Assembly (NCBI GenBank): GCA_963662715.1
Contig: OY759724.1
Span: 730,662 to 794,661 of the forward strand
Length of the DNA stretch: 64,000 nt
Source of the DNA: Candidatus Omnitrophota bacterium
GTDB lineage: Bacteria > Omnitrophota > Gorgyraeia > Zapsychrales > JANLHA01
Direction: 5' to 3'
Made by a program: the position numbers and the translations under genes. Below the pieces are notes generated by a model, which saw nothing but the letters and a program-made list of their open reading frames with translations, was not told the DNA's origin and ran no database searches. This document shows, piece by piece, positions 19,779 through 29,748 of the stretch (positions are counted from its first letter, which is position 1; every line of letters begins with the position of its first letter).

Positions 19779-22700
19779 TTAATTCAGCCAGCTGATATCT
19801 TTTTCACGGCCGGCATAAAATTTTTCCCGGCTGTCAGACGGTAAGGCTGACCGCCTTGTCGCCGAAGGAGGACTTTCTTCCGGCCCCTCCTCAGTTAAAC
19901 CTAACAATAAAGGAATATTCACCGGCGCGATGTTAATGATAACCGGCAAAAACCCGTCAATTCTCATATCACCCACCGGCTGCTGCGGCAAAGGCAGCGG
20001 CACGCCCTGGCCGTCCCGCTTGATCTGCAGATCAAGTGCGGCCGGGTTAAAGTCAATACCGCCTAACGGCGAAGAGGCCGGTTCAGGTTCTTTCCCCAGT
20101 TCATAGCGTTTAATCTCCTGCCGATAGTCCCTGGCCCTGTCCTGATAAAACCAGCGCTCGGACAAGACCACGGAATCCACGTCCACGTCTCCCCAATGTT
20201 CATAGCGAATATCTTCAATGGCTTTTAAAAGGATCTCCGGTTCATCTCCGGTTAAATCTTCAACAATCCAGCCAAAAGTCGCATGAGCGACAAACGGATC
20301 AAACTTTGGGCCCTTTTGCGTCATATCAAAAAATTGATCCTGCAGGCCCTTCACTTCATCCCGGGCATTGTCCGTCATTAACATCGGGATAAAAATGGCT
20401 TTGCCCTGAAACATGCCTATCCCCTGAGCCATGAATTTAAAGGCACCGACCCGCCCCGGGATAAGCTGATCAAGCACAGCCACGGTTTCCTCTGTCACTT
20501 GCTCTTTCTGCCGGGGATCAGTCGTAAAATATGTCACTGAAGCATACGGCAGCGAGGGCACATCCCAGGCGATCTTATCAATGATCGATTGGGGAAGACG
20601 CGCCTTAAGCGCTTCCTGCGCTTTGGCCATGATCGCCTCCGGCATATTAAAATGCAAGAGATGTTTTAATTCCTCCTCCATCATCCTTTGGTCTTTCTGC
20701 ACGGGCGTTCGTAAGGCCTCCTGCCACTTCTGTTCAAAGATATCCCAGCTGGCCTGATATTCCGGAAGGATGGCGACCGGAGAACTTGCAGTATCAAAAC
20801 TGTCAGTAATATTAATGACCTCGGCCTTATCTTTTTGATGTATTGCGCTTGATACATTTTCATTTAACCGTTTTGTCCATTCGGCATATTCTTCTTCATA
20901 CCCTTGTCTTGTCGCATTAGGTATTCTGTGCTCACCTATAACTTCAGTATCTCTTCCCCACGTTTGGTTTTCCGGGCCGGCACCTTCATTAGGATCCCAT
21001 AAGATTGGGAATACAAGTTCTTCTGGCTCTCTGGCAATACGATCCAGAAGGGCTTCCATGGCCCTTTTGTATAATTTTACTGCGGAAGCACCTCTATATC
21101 CCCGACCCCATAAAATATCAGAAATAATTTCGAGTCTCATATCAGGATATCTCCGGTGATGGGTGTCGATAAACTCCACGATTTCATCTTCTGTGACACC
21201 CCCTGTTCTTAAAATTTCTTCAAGAGCGACAAAAGTTTCCTTGTTCCTCAGAAAATCTTTGATCTCAAATAGAGAACGAAGGGTTTCTCTGTCTTCAACC
21301 TTCCCCAATGCTTGCATAGTCCATATTCTCGAACTCAATGGGGCCTCATAAAAACCTTCACTATATTGACTTGCTCTTAGATAAGCACCCGCCAATTCCG
21401 CCTCAGACACTTCTAATGTTTTTAATGCTTGATCCACTGCTTCTAAAAGGTCAATATCCGCCTCGGAAAACATTTTCAGCAATACCGGGACAGCCTTCTT
21501 TACGCGTAAATTTTCCAACACTTTAACAGCATTTAATTTTGCGGATTTCCCTTTTCCTTTCTCAAGGATACTTATGTAAGTGTCAATAAGATCTGAGAGG
21601 GCCACCCCCAATTTGTTCAAGGATGATTCCACCGCCTTTATCAACGGCTCGTCATCCTCATAAAGCAATCCTGTGAGAACTTCAATCGCCCCTTTATTAT
21701 CTAAATCAGCTGAATCTCCCAACAAATCTCCTAAAGTACGGACCGCCCTAAGCCTGGCGATTCCTTTTCCTTTCTGTGCCGCCATAATATAGGCCTTTAC
21801 TAATTTTTCTTTTGTTACGCCTAACTTTTCCAGGACTCCTTCAACGGCATTTAAAATCACTTTATTTTCTTCTGACAATAAATTCAATAAAGGTTCTGCC
21901 GCGTTTCCCTTATGGGAATCAGCAATAAAATCAAGAATACTCAGTCTCACAGAGTCGGGGACCTGATGGTTGGCAAGTATTTTATATAATACGTCATCTA
22001 TTCCTGCGGTATTCAACAAGACTGAAAGTATCGGTTCTTTCCTGTCGGAGTTTATTATCATCCCCGTTAAAATTTTCACGGCGGAGACCAAAGGAAGCTC
22101 TTTAGCTATTTCTTTTATTTGATCGTCACGGATATCTTCTCTAAGGACTACAAGAATCTCCTCTGCTTTATAGGCATGCGTTGTTTTAGGATTTTTAAGG
22201 ACTCTGATCAAATGCGGTATTATTTTAGCGCCATAACCTATCATTCTTTCCTTTGACAGTTTATTGTAATAATCATTACTATCAATTCTTAACAAATGGA
22301 CATTGCCTCGCATCGTATGAAGTCTCCAAAACTTGTATATCTTCCAAGCCGCTGTTAACGCTATCGCCCCGCCGATCGTGTACTCATTGATCAGTCCCGC
22401 CTCGGTCAAAGGCCGGGTGAAAGACAAATCGACAGTTTGTCCGTTTGCGACAGATAACAAACCGCCGTTTAAAACGCCGGCGAGGGTTATCGGCGAACTT
22501 TGCAATTCGGAATCAGCTGTCACCACCGGAGAAGAAACAGGACTGTCTGACGTACCGGTTTGCACCAATTCTATTCTTTCTGGAATAACGCTGACAAGTT
22601 CATCCCGTGCCGGCTCTATTACTTTTACTTGATCCCATGCCTCAACCCATCTCGTCTTTCTGGGCATTGTATAACCGGAAACATAGGAGACATCATCATA

Positions 22701-25700
22701 ATCCTCATATTCATCCAAATAGCCCTCATGATGAATCGTCTCGGTCACCGCCTCATGATGTTTGTGTTCCGTCTTTTCCGGCCGGTAATTCACCATAAAA
22801 TTATCACCGGATAAAACAATTTCTAATCCTTCGATGAAAAACGCGGCAACCTTATTCTTCGGCAATATCGCATTAAGACTCGCATAGGTTCGGTTGACGG
22901 CTAATGTTCGTGCATCGGTTAACCCATATATATTTGATATATGTATAAAGGCGTCTATAACACCTAAACTTGTTGCCTCGAACATAACATCATAAAGCGC
23001 ATCTAAAGCCTTGACGTCCGCCAGTTCCGCAAGTCCCCGGGCTATGCTTTCGGCATGATCTTTACTTCCCTGCAAGGCAGTGATAAGAGCCGTCACAAAC
23101 CGTCCCTTATCAACACCGGCATTGAGCAGATCCCGGCTGAATCCCGGTCGTGAAAAAAGTGTCAACGCTCTTTCCAAATTAATAACTTTTATAGCCTTGA
23201 TATTCAAATCTTCAAGATATTCATCAAGTCGGGACAGGCCAAACGCCCCTTCTTCATGCTGTTTTAAAATCCGCAAGTAATCCGCCAGCCCCGCCCGGGT
23301 ATTCAGGCCCAAAGACTGCAGGAAAGACAGCACGTCCGCCCTAATGATATAAAGGTCTTCTCCGTCCTTTTCCCTGGCCAGGATATCTTCACCTAAACGC
23401 ATATACCTGTCATCAGCCGTCTCTCTCAAGTATTCGGCCAATCTTCTTACCGCGTGTCTCTTAAGGTTATAACCGGCGCCCGGATACGGCTGATCAACCC
23501 ACTCTACAAGTATGCCTGCAAAACTCTCCTCATCTCTCATTCGTATAATATCCAACAGTTCCGCCTCTAAAACTCTCATCTGTCCAGGAGTCGGAGATCT
23601 CAGATTTCTTGCCCACTGGATATATGTTTGAAGGTCTCCCTGAACGCCGAACCGCTCCAAAGCAAGCATAAATAAGACACGGTTTTCCGGCGTAACAGCT
23701 TCATTCAAACGCGATTCCAGAAGCGGGACAGCCGTCTTTCTGTTGAGTCCGGCTGTTATTTGAATAGCCGCGTCACGGTCAACAGCATTAGTGCTCCTTA
23801 ACAGGGATTCCAGGCTCCCCAACCTTCTCTTTCTTATAACAGTATCCGTTATTTGGGCAACCACCGCCGGTTCTGACAACAATCGATACAAGTCCTTTTT
23901 GTCGAGACTTTTTACCCGTCTTAATCTTTCGCCCTCGGGCGCCGGCTGCACTTCTTCGATGTCTTTAAAAGCTCCCGGCATACGGTTCAATGTCCTTATG
24001 ATCCGTCCATAATCTTCTCTGGTCGAGCAACCCAATGATTGCAACATTTCATCCGCCGCTTCCCTGATAACGACAATTTCCGCTGATTGTTCTCCCTCGC
24101 CAATGGCTCTATCCTTGCCGAACTTATCAAAGAGGGGCTGCCGGTTTTCTGCCTGAAGTTCAAACATCCTTCCCACGGCAAATATTCTCATTGCTTGATC
24201 AACGTCATCCCCCAACCATGCTGTTAAAAGGCTTTTATAGTTTTCCTGATCATATTCCTTTAAAACATCCATCCCCTTAAAGACCTGCTCAGGAATACGC
24301 CCTGCGGAAGCTTCATGCACTCCTTGCAGCCACTCCAATAAAGCCGGGACGTGCCCCTGTTGACCAAGCCGCGCTAAAATATAATTCAAGAGGACACGCA
24401 TGCCTGCATCGTTTTTTGCCTTTATCAATAAAGGTTGCAGAAGCGGGATCGCAGCCCGCATATTTAAATGGGCAATGAGGTTTAACGCAAAAACATGAAT
24501 ATCCCTGTCAGGATGATCCAGTAAGGACCTGATATGGTATAAAGTAAAGTCCCCTGCAAGACTGGTTAATGATTCCAATATGCTCTCTTTAACAGCGGCC
24601 CCCCGGTGATCTCTGTCTAATCTGAAGCGGAAATCATACAACAAAGAAATCAACGGCAAAATAGCCTGTTTGCTTTGATATATTCCCATACCTTTAATGG
24701 CGTCCATGATTTCAGAATAATTATCAGTTAAATCAAGGCCTTTCTTTGTCACACGGAGAAGAATTCTTCTATACACTTCAGCTTTTTCTTCATCACTCAA
24801 ATCATATTGCTCCAAGAGTTTTCTTTTGGCCTTATACCTTGTCCAGGAATAAGAACCATCCAAGCCATAAAACGCACCGCGCTTTGTTGTGTGCCGCCAT
24901 AATCCCCATACCGTCCCCAGCCCCCCGGCGGCTATCGCAGCCCCGATGGAATAAGCATTAATGAACTCTGCGCCGGTAACCGGAGAACTGACATACTTCT
25001 GCCCTTCCTCTAATAATGGAGAAACAAAAGACAGGTCGACTTGCTGTCCTTTAGCAATGGAAGTGAATCCATTCTTGAGCGCCCCGGCAATAGTCCCGGG
25101 GATAAAACCGGACAGGTTAATACTTGTGATTCCCGATGAAACGCGTTGAATATCCGCGGCTGTCATCTTTTCCACCGGGTAAACGTTGCCTTTCAAGTCG
25201 CGATAAAACGGGTTATCTCTTTCCACCGCTTCTTTAATGCGTTTCATCTGCCTGTTCAGGCTTCTGGGAACAAAGATGTCTCCCCGTCTCCCCGCCCACT
25301 CCGGCAGTAACTGTTCATTCATCAGGCGAAGGTTAAGAATAATACCATGCTCTTTCGCAACCTGATCAAAAAGCGAAAAAAACAACTCATAGCCAATGAG
25401 ATTGACAATATAACGAATTTTACGCATATCAAATTCATCTAATGAAACTGGTTCTCCAAAAGTCGAAAAACTGGTTTTTCGATCAATCAGCTCCCGCACT
25501 TCCGCAAACTCTATCCAGAATTGGCTTGATTCAACAAACTTACCAATTAAATCCTGAACCGTCTTCAAATAAGTGTTCATGTCCGAGGTCGAAGTTGCAA
25601 TGCGGTAAGTTTCGGATATGCCGGATTCTTCCAGCTTTTCTTTAACACGCGCTCCCAATGCCTGATAAAAATCTCGGCGGGCCTGCTCCAGCCTCCGGGT

Positions 25701-28091
25701 TTCTTCTCTTGTCAACCGCACTTGACTTTGCCTGCCAAGAGAAGACGGTTCTGCAACTTTGGCAATAATGTTCAACTCAGGTATCTTTAGATCTTGTTCG
25801 GGCAAAATATTAACAGGAAGCATTTCTAAAGCGGGTTTATTTTGTTGGCTCTGATGATAATCGTCCAGGAGTTCCCGCGTCACTATCAAATAAAAATTCT
25901 GGTATTTATCCACCGCAATGGCCTGCACCGGATAACGTTTAAACCCGTCCGGACCTTGTGTATAAAAATAATCCTTAATCCCTTCTGCGGCATAATCTGT
26001 GGTTAAATCAGTAAAAGAAAAGATTATTTTTCGATCACTTAAATTAATCTCCGTAGCAGCTACCAGCTTTTTGTTCGTATCACGCACGCCTACTGTAAAC
26101 ATCAACTCCTTCATACCTAATTGCGACGTCTGCCAATGTATTGAAAGATATTTATTATTAAATTCGATTAATCCATACTGCCCCTGCGGGTCCTGCACGA
26201 CATTCACCCCTTGTTGTTTTTCCAATGCTTGGGCGAGCTGGGTGTAAAGATTCTTGACCTTCCCCTCTGCCGAAATCGCCGAGGAAGCATTGTCAGGTGG
26301 GATAGGAGTAGATATCGATATAACCGAAATTCTTTCCGGGATAACGACTTTTTCTTCATCCATTTTTTGTAGCATTAACGATCCGGTAACATATCCATCA
26401 GTATGATCCTCTCCTTCTCCGACAATTACATATCCAGGAGGGATAGAAGATCGGTCCACGGTTTCACCATTGCTAATGGCGGCAGATCCATAACTTATTC
26501 TTTCCCCGGGAATATATTGTATTTCTTCTTTTTCAGGAATATACTCAACTTTAAAATCATTCCCTCCTTTTCTGATCTTCCAGGCCTCATGAAGATGCCT
26601 TAAAACTTCGTCATCAGCTTTTAATTTTGTCGATTTTCCTTCCAGCACTTGTTGAACTCTTCCCCTCAAATCCTCCTCAACTTGAAAAAGATTTATGACG
26701 ATAGGATCATCTTTAGCTGTTAATTTCAAGTTAGATAATGCTGTGTTAACTCTTTGAATATTCGAACTCCCAAGCTTGAATAAATTCCAGCTAATATATA
26801 ACCGCTTTAATATCGGGGAAGAACTCCCTTCTGTTGGGGATAAATCATCCAACCCTTTATCTGCATTCTCAACCAGCTCGATGCTCACCCGTCTGTCCTT
26901 ACCCTTCGTCGACTCAGGCTGCGTGATCGCCGAACTCACGCGTCCCGGCAGCCGGCCCGGCTGGCCGCGCAAGACCTCCAGTTTGTCCACCGTCACAACG
27001 CCTACGCCCAACCCCCCGGAAAAATATTTCCGCGGTATCACCTGCTGCGTCGCTTCATCGTAATCTTCCCGTATATAGTTGTAGACGCCTTGCTTGAACG
27101 CGTCCAGATACTGCTGGTATATCTTCTCCTTTATCTCTTTGTCTTCAACATCGATCCCCTTCACCTTGTTCCGGTCCATGTACACCTGGCCCAATAAACT
27201 GTCCCGCAAATTCTTCTTGTACCAGGTCGCCAGGATCATTGAGTTGTAGATCTGCCGCAAGTTCGCGAACGTCTGCCCTTCATTCACTTCCTTCTCTATC
27301 GCCGGAAGGATAATATCCTTGACGATCTTTGAGGACAGTTCATTCAGCTCCTTGGCCTGCCCTTCTGACTGTTTGTGCAACCCCAGGTCTTTGCTCTGCA
27401 GATTGTGCTCTAACGCCAGATAATCCTCTTCCAGCATCACCTTCAAGTGCCGTTCCACCACAAACGCGCTGCCCTCATGCTCATAGACAACCGCCTTATC
27501 CGGCACGATCCATACCTTATTAAATGTGTTTACCGGGATGTTTGTCGTGCCGTACAGCTCATAGGCCTTTTTATAGACTTTATTCCAGAACGCCTGGCCC
27601 AGGTCCTCTTCCGGATACATCAACGAAGCGGTGAGCTGTTTCAGCAGGTAATCCTGGGAGAGCATGTCCTTGCCCATTTCCGTAACGCCCAACCCTTCGG
27701 GGATGATCCGGTTGTTTTCATATGGCGATAAGTTGACCCACAGTTCATCTTCGGGGACCGTCAAAGCCGCCAGGAAATACTTGATCAGCCTCTGCGACTC
27801 GGCTTCAAAAGAGGCTCCTTTTAAATCCTTGTCTCCCGTATCAATAATGAAATCAAACTGCAGAGGGTTGTCCGGATGGATGGTGAGCCCCCGCAGGATC
27901 GCCGGGGCAAATGTCTCGCTGATCTTAAGGATCCTCCCCGGCTGCGGCAGGGAGAAGACAGCAGCCCGCTCTTCTTTGGCCCACCCCGGTGTCGGTATAA
28001 GGACAGACGACAATAAAAAGACCGCGGCCATGCCGGCCGATAAAAGGCGGCGGAATATAATATTCGACTTTGTTATAAATAACTCAAACAT
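19779..28091 (-). CDS. giant secreted HEAT-repeat protein, paralog 2 (2770 aa)
   Basis: Same N-terminal domain and C-terminal domain as paralogs; many HEAT-like repeats; two internal duplicated Gly-rich hydrophobic segments; stop only 37 nt upstream of paralog 1 start (operon). Confidence 0.85.
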   Translation of the reverse strand: MFELFITKSNIIFRRLLSAGMAAVFLLSSVLIPTPGWAKEERAAVFSLPQPGRILKISETFAPAILRGLTIHPDNPLQFDFIIDTGDKDLKGASFEAESQRLIKYFLAALTVPEDELWVNLSPYENNRIIPEGLGVTEMGKDMLSQDYLLKQLTASLMYPEEDLGQAFWNKVYKKAYELYGTTNIPVNTFNKVWIVPDKAVVYEHEGSAFVVERHLKVMLEEDYLALEHNLQSKDLGLHKQSEGQAKELNELSSKIVKDIILPAIEKEVNEGQTFANLRQIYNSMILATWYKKNLRDSLLGQVYMDRNKVKGIDVEDKEIKEKIYQQYLDAFKQGVYNYIREDYDEATQQVIPRKYFSGGLGVGVVTVDKLEVLRGQPGRLPGRVSSAITQPESTKGKDRRVSIELVENADKGLDDLSPTEGSSSPILKRLYISWNLFKLGSSNIQRVNTALSNLKLTAKDDPIVINLFQVEEDLRGRVQQVLEGKSTKLKADDEVLRHLHEAWKIRKGGNDFKVEYIPEKEEIQYIPGERISYGSAAISNGETVDRSSIPPGYVIVGEGEDHTDGYVTGSLMLQKMDEEKVVIPERISVISISTPIPPDNASSAISAEGKVKNLYTQLAQALEKQQGVNVVQDPQGQYGLIEFNNKYLSIHWQTSQLGMKELMFTVGVRDTNKKLVAATEINLSDRKIIFSFTDLTTDYAAEGIKDYFYTQGPDGFKRYPVQAIAVDKYQNFYLIVTRELLDDYHQSQQNKPALEMLPVNILPEQDLKIPELNIIAKVAEPSSLGRQSQVRLTREETRRLEQARRDFYQALGARVKEKLEESGISETYRIATSTSDMNTYLKTVQDLIGKFVESSQFWIEFAEVRELIDRKTSFSTFGEPVSLDEFDMRKIRYIVNLIGYELFFSLFDQVAKEHGIILNLRLMNEQLLPEWAGRRGDIFVPRSLNRQMKRIKEAVERDNPFYRDLKGNVYPVEKMTAADIQRVSSGITSINLSGFIPGTIAGALKNGFTSIAKGQQVDLSFVSPLLEEGQKYVSSPVTGAEFINAYSIGAAIAAGGLGTVWGLWRHTTKRGAFYGLDGSYSWTRYKAKRKLLEQYDLSDEEKAEVYRRILLRVTKKGLDLTDNYSEIMDAIKGMGIYQSKQAILPLISLLYDFRFRLDRDHRGAAVKESILESLTSLAGDFTLYHIRSLLDHPDRDIHVFALNLIAHLNMRAAIPLLQPLLIKAKNDAGMRVLLNYILARLGQQGHVPALLEWLQGVHEASAGRIPEQVFKGMDVLKEYDQENYKSLLTAWLGDDVDQAMRIFAVGRMFELQAENRQPLFDKFGKDRAIGEGEQSAEIVVIREAADEMLQSLGCSTREDYGRIIRTLNRMPGAFKDIEEVQPAPEGERLRRVKSLDKKDLYRLLSEPAVVAQITDTVIRKRRLGSLESLLRSTNAVDRDAAIQITAGLNRKTAVPLLESRLNEAVTPENRVLFMLALERFGVQGDLQTYIQWARNLRSPTPGQMRVLEAELLDIIRMRDEESFAGILVEWVDQPYPGAGYNLKRHAVRRLAEYLRETADDRYMRLGEDILAREKDGEDLYIIRADVLSFLQSLGLNTRAGLADYLRILKQHEEGAFGLSRLDEYLEDLNIKAIKVINLERALTLFSRPGFSRDLLNAGVDKGRFVTALITALQGSKDHAESIARGLAELADVKALDALYDVMFEATSLGVIDAFIHISNIYGLTDARTLAVNRTYASLNAILPKNKVAAFFIEGLEIVLSGDNFMVNYRPEKTEHKHHEAVTETIHHEGYLDEYEDYDDVSYVSGYTMPRKTRWVEAWDQVKVIEPARDELVSVIPERIELVQTGTSDSPVSSPVVTADSELQSSPITLAGVLNGGLLSVANGQTVDLSFTRPLTEAGLINEYTIGGAIALTAAWKIYKFWRLHTMRGNVHLLRIDSNDYYNKLSKERMIGYGAKIIPHLIRVLKNPKTTHAYKAEEILVVLREDIRDDQIKEIAKELPLVSAVKILTGMIINSDRKEPILSVLLNTAGIDDVLYKILANHQVPDSVRLSILDFIADSHKGNAAEPLLNLLSEENKVILNAVEGVLEKLGVTKEKLVKAYIMAAQKGKGIARLRAVRTLGDLLGDSADLDNKGAIEVLTGLLYEDDEPLIKAVESSLNKLGVALSDLIDTYISILEKGKGKSAKLNAVKVLENLRVKKAVPVLLKMFSEADIDLLEAVDQALKTLEVSEAELAGAYLRASQYSEGFYEAPLSSRIWTMQALGKVEDRETLRSLFEIKDFLRNKETFVALEEILRTGGVTEDEIVEFIDTHHRRYPDMRLEIISDILWGRGYRGASAVKLYKRAMEALLDRIAREPEELVFPILWDPNEGAGPENQTWGRDTEVIGEHRIPNATRQGYEEEYAEWTKRLNENVSSAIHQKDKAEVINITDSFDTASSPVAILPEYQASWDIFEQKWQEALRTPVQKDQRMMEEELKHLLHFNMPEAIMAKAQEALKARLPQSIIDKIAWDVPSLPYASVTYFTTDPRQKEQVTEETVAVLDQLIPGRVGAFKFMAQGIGMFQGKAIFIPMLMTDNARDEVKGLQDQFFDMTQKGPKFDPFVAHATFGWIVEDLTGDEPEILLKAIEDIRYEHWGDVDVDSVVLSERWFYQDRARDYRQEIKRYELGKEPEPASSPLGGIDFNPAALDLQIKRDGQGVPLPLPQQPVGDMRIDGFLPVIINIAPVNIPLLLGLTEEGPEESPPSATRRSALPSDSREKFYAGREKDISWLN
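26911..28047. repeat. direct repeat copy B covering 5' coding region of giant paralog 2
   Basis: See copy A. Confidence 0.85.
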
Positions 28092-28290
28092 AAAAATTTT
28101 TTAGGGTGGACAGGGGCACAAAAATACACTTATGAATTTTTTCCAAGAGAGGAACTCTTGAAAATACATGAAAGGGTGTAACAGGGTGAAATACTAATAT
28201 ATATTAGAGTATATATGATTAATAGAAAAATGTCAATGAATATTGATATTAGAAGAAATTAGGCTTTTTTGCAATTTTGAGCCGAAAAGA

Positions 28291-28686
28291 TTATTCCTCC
28301 CAGGCGACTTCCATTCCTACGGCAGGGTCACTGTCCTGTTGTCTGGCCTGGGATGAGGGCAAAAACTGCACATTACTGGCCACAACTTTCAGGCGGCTGC
28401 GTTTTTCTCCGGATTCCGTTGTCCACTGATCCTGCCGGAGTCTCCCGGTAACGACAACCGGACTTCCCTTTCTTAAATATTTGCTGCAATTCTCCGCCAT
28501 CTGCCCCCAAACATCAACATCCACAAAAGCCGTATCTTTCTTTTTTTCACTGTTGATGATATAGGTCCTGTTGCTGGCAACGACAAAAGAAGCGACCTTC
28601 CTTCCTCCCGCAACATCTCGCAGGACCACGTCTCTGGCTAAGTTGCCCCCGAGGATAACACTGTTAATTTCTATCGACATAGGCAC
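28291..28686 (-). CDS. ssb: single-stranded DNA-binding protein
   Basis: 131 aa; NSVILGGNLARDVVLR...G.KVASF.VA...OB-fold pattern, acidic C-terminal tail ending WEE. Confidence 0.85.
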   Translation of the reverse strand: MPMSIEINSVILGGNLARDVVLRDVAGGRKVASFVVASNRTYIINSEKKKDTAFVDVDVWGQMAENCSKYLRKGSPVVVTGRLRQDQWTTESGEKRSRLKVVASNVQFLPSSQARQQDSDPAVGMEVAWEE

Positions 28687-28748
28687 TCCTTTTCTCCGGC
28701 TTGGGGTGAACCTTGTTATTGATATTTCCCCGCCTTTTTCGCTTATTT

Positions 28749-29165
28749 TTAAACAGACTGATCACTGATCTGCGGAGGTTTTCTGGATTTCGGGATCAGG
28801 AGCCAGAGGATCACGTAAAGGACAAAGCCTATTCCTCCGGCAAAGACCATAAGCACGAAAAGAATGCGAAAGAAGACCGGATCAACCTGAAAAAATTCTC
28901 CCAGTCCTCCGCAGACTCCCGCAAGCTTGCGGTCCTCGGTTGATAAAGAAATCCGTCGAGCGACATACGCCTCCGGCTGGTCGGGATCCTGGTTAGGAAC
29001 CATAATCCACATAATGAAATAGGCAAAAACACCGACGCCCCCTAACGGAATAAAAAAAATAAAGAGGACTCGGAAAAGGACCGGATCAACGCTGAAATAA
29101 TCTCCCAGTCCTCCGCATATTCCCGCTAATTTGTAATCTTCCTTTGAGCGGAATAATTTTTTCAT
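28749..29165 (-). CDS. PspC-domain membrane protein (two tandem PspC domains)
   Basis: Start taken at internal ATG 29163-29165 with GGAGGG RBS; two copies of LAGICGGLGDYF/LAGVCGGLGEFF PspC motif each followed by TM helix. Confidence 0.75.
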   Translation of the reverse strand: MKKLFRSKEDYKLAGICGGLGDYFSVDPVLFRVLFIFFIPLGGVGVFAYFIMWIMVPNQDPDQPEAYVARRISLSTEDRKLAGVCGGLGEFFQVDPVFFRILFVLMVFAGGIGFVLYVILWLLIPKSRKPPQISDQSV

Positions 29166-29445
29166 GACATGCCCTCCTTCTTTATATTCAATATATTCAG
29201 TTTCAAAAAGGAAACCGCCGTTAACCAAAGGCTCCCGTATAATACCAATATCCTTTTCCGTTGTCTACAACAAAACTTCTCCTGCCGCCCGTTACGACTC
29301 ATGCCTTCGTCGTTAACAATCTTCCAGCCCTTTCATGAAAGACCGGTTCATTTTCAACAAACGCGTTACAGGCCTTTAAGTCTTTGCAAAATATGGCTTT
29401 GGTTTTAAACGTATTTGCACAGCAAGCGAAAATCAAGGGCAGGCA

Positions 29446-29715
29446 TTACGGAGGGGAATCCGGACCGGATTTATGCAGGCGCGTTCCTTTATAAAACAAA
29501 AAATAGGCCACGATGATTTCACACAGGATTAAAAACCAGAACAAATTCGGATGGTCGGTTTGCCTGACATACACGGGCTGGGTCCTTATAAAAAAGTTGG
29601 CATGAAGAGTCACAACCTTTGCTTGGACCTGCCACATAACCAGGACAGCAAGAAAAAGCCCTCCGCCGACCTGATAAAATGATTTGTCTTCCGGCATAAA
29701 AGCATCCCCTTTCAT
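29446..29715 (-). CDS. small hypothetical membrane protein
   Basis: 89 aa, two hydrophobic helices; downstream of lipoprotein gene on same strand. Confidence 0.4.
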   Translation of the reverse strand: MKGDAFMPEDKSFYQVGGGLFLAVLVMWQVQAKVVTLHANFFIRTQPVYVRQTDHPNLFWFLILCEIIVAYFLFYKGTRLHKSGPDSPP

Positions 29716-29748
29716 TCCGTCGGGATCTTCAGCATATCAACAGGAACC

